From Pseudoalteromonas translucida KMM 520 (lineage in GTDB: Bacteria > Pseudomonadota > Gammaproteobacteria > Enterobacterales > Alteromonadaceae): DNA of 32,000 nucleotides. Both the position numbers and the translations under genes were made by a program. Every line of letters begins with the position of its first letter. Within the stretch, counting starts at the first letter, position 1. Below, piece after piece: positions 26,690 to 32,000 of the stretch. The notes below the pieces were generated by a model that had not been told where the DNA came from, searched no databases, and saw nothing but the letters and a program-made list of their open reading frames with translations. The stretch lies in assembly GCF_001465295.1 (NCBI RefSeq), contig NZ_CP011034.1:420001-452000 (forward strand), written 5' to 3'.

Positions 26690-27991
26690 TCAAACATCAA
26701 GCTCCCCTTGTGCTCCTTGAGGTTTGTGTTCATTTTTATCTGTATCGGATGGTTGTTCAAGTTGTGATGGCTTATAATCCTTGTGTAACGCTAAAACTTC
26801 TTTAAGCCGACTGTCATCCCTTTCAACAGAGAGTACACTGAGTGGCACAGTACTTTTTAAACATTTAAAAATCTCTAGAAGTAGTTGTCCAACCCGGTTT
26901 TCAGTGACCTGAAAGAACATTTCTTCTATTTCTTTTGCACTTTTAAGTTTTAGATCTTTAAAGTCTTTTACTGTAAAGCGAAATACGTACTCCTTTGCTT
27001 TTTCAATCTTATCAATACTAAAAATAGTTAAAGGTCGTGTGAAATTCTCTCCTTCGTTATTTAGGTCCCCATCGTCACCTATATTGTTGATAGATACTAG
27101 GCTTTCACTAATGTATAAGTGTCCAGAATTTATTGATTTATAGGATTTTTTACAATTTAGCACTTCCATATTCAATGCGAAAAAGTCTATTTTTCCTTTA
27201 ATAATGACATTTGCTAGCATTTTCTTTTTCTTTCTAAACTCCTCAATACCCGCTAACGGGCATGTGATAGATATATCAGAGCCTTGCAAAAGGAGATCAT
27301 TACCTCGCTGTAAAAAGTGAATGCATCGGTCTGTGTTTTGGTCGAGCATCTGTTTTATGTCCTCTACCGCTAATTCATTTAATATTAAAGGGACTGTTAA
27401 TTTAATGTTTTCATCTACTGTTACCTGTGACACATGACCGTTTATTTGAATAAAAATAGCTTTATTTACTGGGTCAAATTCAATAAAGTCAAAGCTGTCA
27501 TATTTACTTGCTAAAAAAACAACCATTTCAAAAGTAGCCTTTGATATTGGATCCCCTTCAATTTTTTGATGCTCATCTAGGTATTTTAAATGAGTTTTTT
27601 GGCCCTCAGTGCATTTATAGCTTTTAAAGCCCGGGAGCTGTGGATGGTTTTTACTCGTTCTAATAGTATGATCAGTAACACCTAATTTAATGAGCCCCTT
27701 TTCTTGCGTAATAGATAAAACTGGGCTTTTTAAGAGATATAAAGGCAGCTGAATCAAAAATTCGGCATTGACGGAAAAAGAACAATCTTTGTGCTGTCCT
27801 GAGATTTTGTTAAGGTTTAAGTTACATGTATACCAGTACGGTTCTTCCCCTGCTATAAGGGTTAGTTGTTTTGTCTTTTTATCAATGAAACCTGTCACAT
27901 TTTTACATTTGTTCTTATTTTTTGAACTAGATATGGATTTAGTGAATCCTTTTAACTTACGTATTTCTTTGTCTGTAAAGTAAGCGTCCAT
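26690..27991 (-). CDS. Unknown 433-aa protein with apparent three-domain DnaN (beta sliding clamp)-like pattern and an acidic/disordered C-terminal tail. Third gene of the recombinase operon.
   Basis: Strong SD (GGAGG at 28001-27997, 5-nt spacer) overlapping the upstream stop codon. By-eye alignment to E. coli DnaN in all three domains is given in the findings. No family assignment was possible without a search. Confidence 0.45.
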   Translation of the reverse strand: MDAYFTDKEIRKLKGFTKSISSSKNKNKCKNVTGFIDKKTKQLTLIAGEEPYWYTCNLNLNKISGQHKDCSFSVNAEFLIQLPLYLLKSPVLSITQEKGLIKLGVTDHTIRTSKNHPQLPGFKSYKCTEGQKTHLKYLDEHQKIEGDPISKATFEMVVFLASKYDSFDFIEFDPVNKAIFIQINGHVSQVTVDENIKLTVPLILNELAVEDIKQMLDQNTDRCIHFLQRGNDLLLQGSDISITCPLAGIEEFRKKKKMLANVIIKGKIDFFALNMEVLNCKKSYKSINSGHLYISESLVSINNIGDDGDLNNEGENFTRPLTIFSIDKIEKAKEYVFRFTVKDFKDLKLKSAKEIEEMFFQVTENRVGQLLLEIFKCLKSTVPLSVLSVERDDSRLKEVLALHKDYKPSQLEQPSDTDKNEHKPQGAQGELDV

Positions 27992-28001
27992 GACGACCTC
28001 C

Positions 28002-29798
28002 CTAATGTTTAATTAATTTAATAAACTGTTCTACATATTCAAGTGTATGGATAGATATTTTGCTCTTTGGCTTTAGGTAAATAGTCAATGAACTTGGCCC
28101 TTTTTGCTGACGTAAAACGTTGATATGTTTGTATTCACTTTTCTTTGCATAACGCTTTTTAACCATTTCTAACGGTCGCTTACTGTCTACTTTTCTATTT
28201 ATGTGAAGCTCAAATTCACATCGCACCCATGCCCACTCTGTATGTCTAAATACAGTATTAAACGCAGACGCACCTTTGGTGGTACAGGCAATATTTAAAC
28301 GTAATGCGTGTTTGTGTTTACACACTGTTATGTTGGGGAATGATTTATATGCTGTTAGATATTTATTATTGATAGGCTGAGAGCGGTGACGACACCCACA
28401 TTCCCAAATAGCACTGATAGACTCAAAGTTAATTATTGCTTCTTCACCATTAGGAACAGGGTTTATTAGCTTATCAAAAAGAAAGTTAGTCAGTGTTAAC
28501 TGGCTCTTTTCAAGCGTACTCAACCACTTTTCTTCCAAGTATGTATTGCTTAGTGTGTCAGTTATATGCTCCTTTTGTGCGGCTTGGCTTAAATTATCTA
28601 TCTGTAACACATGTACCCTTAGTGCGTGTTCAGTTACTGTTATTGATTGACATCGTTTTTCAGCAAGTGTTTGCTGATCATAATCAGGAATAATATGGCT
28701 TAGTAGTCTAGATAAATCATTAGATGACGCACTTAGCCCCATCAGGTAGCGTAACGCAGAGTGTGAAAACTGCTTGTGAGTATGAGGATTATGATATTTA
28801 CTTATTATTGGTAAAAGCCAATCGATATCATGTAGGTAAGACCACCGTGTAGTTGCATAAAAAATATGGCCAATTTGTTTTCCCATATTATCTAAAAAAG
28901 CAGCACTATTAACCTCAATTGCCTCTCTGCCTTTGAACCAATAATCTAATCGAACGGCCACTGACTTTTCTGATAGCACTTCCTGCTCAAGAGGTGTTTC
29001 CCCGCGCAAATTGTCGGGCGTATAGCTAACGCAATGTAACATTTGCAGCATAAATATATGCACACCGCTGTGACGTAAATGGTGAAAGTTAAAGTGAATA
29101 CCAAATAATATTCGTAATGCCCTCGATACGGGTACTAAATAGGATATAGCGCGAGAGGATAGTGTCTCAAGATCATGACCTATAAGTGGTAAATCTTGAT
29201 TACTATGTTTTTTAATATCAAGCAGGGTATAAAAAAAATAGCGGTATCGTGTGGGTATCGTTGTATAAACCATACGGGAGGAGCCACTTTTTGTTTTACC
29301 TTCACGGGTGTTGGTAATATTGAGTGTTAAAAGCCCCGTCTCACTTTTAAATTGAATATCTTTAATGCGTAATCTAAGTACTTCACCACGGCGCAACATA
29401 GCGTAAAAACCGAGCAAAGCAGCAACAATACAAAATAAAATGTGTAATGTGGGTTTTGTTGCTCCATTATCGATAAGTGCATTTATAAGCGAGTCACATT
29501 TATCTACACATAAGCGGGCTGCGCTAACAGAAGGGGGAATTATTGGTGTGCTAAAATTAGATAAATCCAGAGCTTCGGTTTTCTCTTGCCAGCTTAAAAA
29601 CGCTAAAAATTTATAAAAGGCTTTTTTTACTGCATCAGACTTAATTGAAACAAAAATAACCTGTGCCCACTCATTAATCGACTCCTCAATGAGTGCATCA
29701 GTTAAAGTCAGAGGAAAGGGAGTTAGTATCTTTGTGAGTGACGTATATGTTCTAATAGTTCCCTTCTTAAGGGCTGCTTTTTTAGGGCCGTATATGTT
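28002..29798 (-). pseudogene. C-terminal two-thirds of a ~950-aa giant tyrosine recombinase (core-binding region, catalytic domain, ~250-aa C-terminal extension). It is separated from its N-terminal part by a frameshifting 47-bp duplication.
   Basis: I translated this frame codon by codon and it is open from 29798 to 28002, with no start codon before the TTG at 29417. Catalytic set: R in MLRRGEVLRL, K in EGKTKSGSS, HHLRHSG, and GH..TTRWSYLH. Confidence 0.8.
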
Positions 29799-30901
29799 CT
29801 AATAGTTCCCTTCTTAAGGGCTGCTTTTTTAGGGCCGCCATTAATTATCCAATCTTTTGCGAAGTCAAACATCAAGCGTGGCAAAATATTATCAGTATCC
29901 CAGGGAGGGGGTTCTATTTCATTTACCTCATTTATGTCGACAGCTCTAAGTAACTTTCCATGTTGCCATGGGTTCTTAGGCCTATGTGTTGATAATGGCG
30001 TAAACAACGTCGTATCCTGATTATTCTTGTAAATATCAGCTAATTTTTGTTTGCAGACATCATCGTCAGTTATTAGCCCCACATGACGTTCAGGTTGAGC
30101 TAAATCTTTAATAAAAACAGGATTTATTTCATACTGGTTATACCAATGAATTTGAAATAGTCTCGACCATTGTGTTTTTGCTATGTGTTGAATGCCATTT
30201 GTATCCAGCCAGTCCTTAAGCTCTTTTACTAAAGACGCTGTTGTGGTTAACTTAGCGCGTTGTGCATAGTAATCACGCAGTAAGTTTTGATTTAAGAGTG
30301 ATAAAGAGTAATGAGTAGGAAAATGGGGGATATCTGTATTTTTATACTGGTGTTTAACGCGCAGTCTAGGATAAGGGCATTCATTAGTTATCGATTGGGA
30401 GTCATTTAAAATAGTTGATATATCGCCAAGCGATAAAGGCGCTATCTCAAAGCCAATCATAATCACCATAAAAGCAGTGCCGAGCTCACGCTGCTCATAA
30501 AAATTTTCGAGGTCTATTTGGTAGCATGAGAACACACGATGTGATAGCCCAGCTTCGTTTGCTATACTTTCAAACCACTCATGATCTGCGTCAGTAAGTA
30601 AGGATTTAACAAGTTCAGAGCCATCCTGAGACTCAGGCAACTGCCACTGGCATGCATAACGTAAATAATAAAGAATGTTTTGCAAAGCTTTAGTGTAGTG
30701 TACTCGCTTACCTGTTGGCACAGTTGCTATTATTCTTTGTGCTTTCTTTATTTCTTTTTCTTTTAATGAACGTGTTTGCTGCTGCATTACCGGCCATTTA
30801 GTTAAAAGTTCAGCAATAACTTGTGTATCAGCACACGGCTGTGCCGTTTTACTTAGGTAGTCTTGAATATCTGTTGCATGTATCAATGCGGGGTTAGACA
30901 T
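29723..30901 (-). pseudogene. N-terminal third of the giant tyrosine recombinase (unknown N-terminal domain), terminated prematurely after the 47-bp duplication
   Basis: The peptide GPKKAALKKGTIRTYT is encoded twice, at the end of this ORF and at the head of the downstream open frame. Deleting one 47-bp copy fuses both into 2853 nt = 950 aa. The ATG at 30901 overlaps the upstream gene by 8 nt. Confidence 0.8.
29743..29836. repeat. Perfect 2 x 47-bp tandem duplication (GTATATGTTCTAATAGTTCCCTTCTTAAGGGCTGCTTTTTTAGGGCC)
   Basis: Copy 1 is 29743-29789 and copy 2 is 29790-29836, with no mismatches. 47 is not a multiple of 3. Confidence 0.95.
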
Positions 30902-32000
30902 AATGTAACTCCTTAACGCCGATATGTTGGTCTAGCCCGTTTAAGTAAGCTTTTAGAACGCCAATATTTTTTGGGAACATAATGTCGCTACCTAAATGTT
31001 CTCCTGTATTTTCATGGCCCATTAGGCGATCAATATCTTGAGCCGTAAGTGGGGTAAGACTAATAATTGTATGAGCACATTGAGCAAAATAGTGCCTGAG
31101 CTGATAAGGAACAACACCAGCCCAGTGTTTGTTCATAAATACACGTAATGCACGAGCACTTAATGGTGTTGGAGTTTCTGACTTATCATAAATGTACCAA
31201 AGCTCAGGTAAATCATCATGTAAGCTTAGTTGGGAATGAAGTGATGCTTTTAGCTCAGTGTAATGCGTAATTTCTCTAAGCAGGTAATCACTTAAAATAA
31301 CTTGCCTTAAGTGGCCTTTATCTTTGACAAACGTAACGTGAGTGAATGAAAAATAATGAGAGAGCAAACTAATACTGTGAGTTGGCCTTACTCCTGTTAA
31401 TACAATAAACAGCAATGCTATGCGAAAGCTGACAGCATTAAAGTAGGCTAACCACTGCGCACGTGAAGCTCTACTGGTTGGTTTTAGTTGTTTAACATAA
31501 CTATCAATACGATTAAAAAAGTCAGTGACGTCTTTATCTTTAGGAACACGGCGACTACCGAGCATAATTGCAGGCGCTGCAACATGATCACTCTTTCCTT
31601 TTGTTTTAATGATTTTATATTGACCCATACTCCCTTTATGTTTCAGATCTGGATCAATATTTTCGTAAGGCGTATCTCTTAGGCGCTCAGTAATAAGGTT
31701 AACCGTTTTACTTTCGAGATGAACTTTGAAATACGAATGCAAATTCTCTTTTCGTATGAATTCAAATAAAAAGCCGATATATCTGTGATGGGCATCAAAA
31801 ATTTTAAATCTCAGACGGTCGCTGCTGAGCCGTTGATAGCATATAGCGCTAGTATGGTGTGCTTTAACTGATTTTACTAAATGCTTTCTTGGGATAGGGG
31901 TCAAGGTTTCGTCTGCGCGAGCACATAACGATATATAACGATAAAAGGTATTTTTTCTCGCCGGTTTAAAAGTTTTGAGTACTAGTGGCCTCGTCCAGTG
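30894..32000 (-). CDS. Tyrosine-recombinase-like protein, first visible gene of the operon. Partial: the frame stays open to the window edge, so the TTG at 31904 is probably not the real start.
   Basis: R in LTGVRPTHSISL, K-hairpin in VKDKGHLRQVIL, LRHYFAQ and LMGHENTGEH. I translated upstream of 31904 and found no stop through position 32000 (..HWTRPLVLKTFKPARKNTFYRYISLCARADET-LTPIPRK..). Confidence 0.7.
   Translation of the reverse strand, partial: HWTRPLVLKTFKPARKNTFYRYISLCARADETLTPIPRKHLVKSVKAHHTSAICYQRLSSDRLRFKIFDAHHRYIGFLFEFIRKENLHSYFKVHLESKTVNLITERLRDTPYENIDPDLKHKGSMGQYKIIKTKGKSDHVAAPAIMLGSRRVPKDKDVTDFFNRIDSYVKQLKPTSRASRAQWLAYFNAVSFRIALLFIVLTGVRPTHSISLLSHYFSFTHVTFVKDKGHLRQVILSDYLLREITHYTELKASLHSQLSLHDDLPELWYIYDKSETPTPLSARALRVFMNKHWAGVVPYQLRHYFAQCAHTIISLTPLTAQDIDRLMGHENTGEHLGSDIMFPKNIGVLKAYLNGLDQHIGVKELHYV

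Noticed and set aside
26590-26805. 71-aa plus-strand ORF at the 3' end of the clamp-like gene
   Set aside because: It is a hydrophobic low-complexity translation of AT-rich DNA. It overlaps the C-terminus of the convergent 433-aa CDS and has no RBS.
26690-32000. Calling the recombinase operon a GInt (ginABCD), a RIT trio or Tn554 outright
   Set aside because: GInt and RIT elements have three consecutive recombinases followed (in GInt) by a small helix-loop-helix protein, and Tn554 TnpC is about 125 aa. Here only two adjacent recombinase genes are visible, one is about 950 aa, and the third gene is a 433-aa clamp-like protein. The resemblance is architectural only.
1-32000. CRISPR arrays, rRNA or tRNA genes
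   Set aside because: There are no regularly spaced direct repeats and no RNA-gene signatures. The only tandem repeat is the 2 x 47-bp duplication inside a CDS.

Overview
About 40% G+C sequence that looks gammaproteobacterial (Pseudoalteromonas-, Vibrio- or Alteromonas-like gene content; taxon not verifiable here). It has two parts.

(1) Positions 1-20.7 kb, plus strand: a Wzx/Wzy-dependent capsule/EPS/O-antigen locus.
- The tyrosine autokinase gene wzc is split by a 1398-bp IS4-family element with an 11-bp target duplication. The element's own transposase is frameshifted.
- A very AT-rich, serotype-specific block follows: GT2, TupA-like ATP-grasp, Wzy, Wzx, GT2 and an AsnB-like amidotransferase.
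- Then come a GT4, an SDR, a small phosphoglycosyl transferase, a WbpM/CapD-like dehydratase, ugd and a UDP-GlcA 4-epimerase.
- The locus ends with a decayed IS982-family transposase remnant, an O-acyltransferase and galU.

(2) Positions 20.7-32 kb, all native genes on the minus strand: an accessory island convergent with galU.
- A translationally coupled operon starts beyond the right window edge. It encodes a tyrosine-recombinase-like protein, a giant (~950 aa) tyrosine recombinase and a 433-aa protein. A perfect 47-bp tandem duplication has frameshifted the giant recombinase.
- By my reading, the 433-aa protein has the three-domain pattern of a DnaN beta sliding clamp.
- Downstream lie a 459-bp structured non-coding spacer, a DUF3596/P4-type integrase and a 551-aa unknown gene. 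A complete 2405-bp IS66-family element (tnpA/tnpB/tnpC, 8-bp TSD) splits the unknown gene.

The two-recombinase plus clamp-like operon is the best candidate for an undescribed mobility system. No rRNA, tRNA or CRISPR array was seen.
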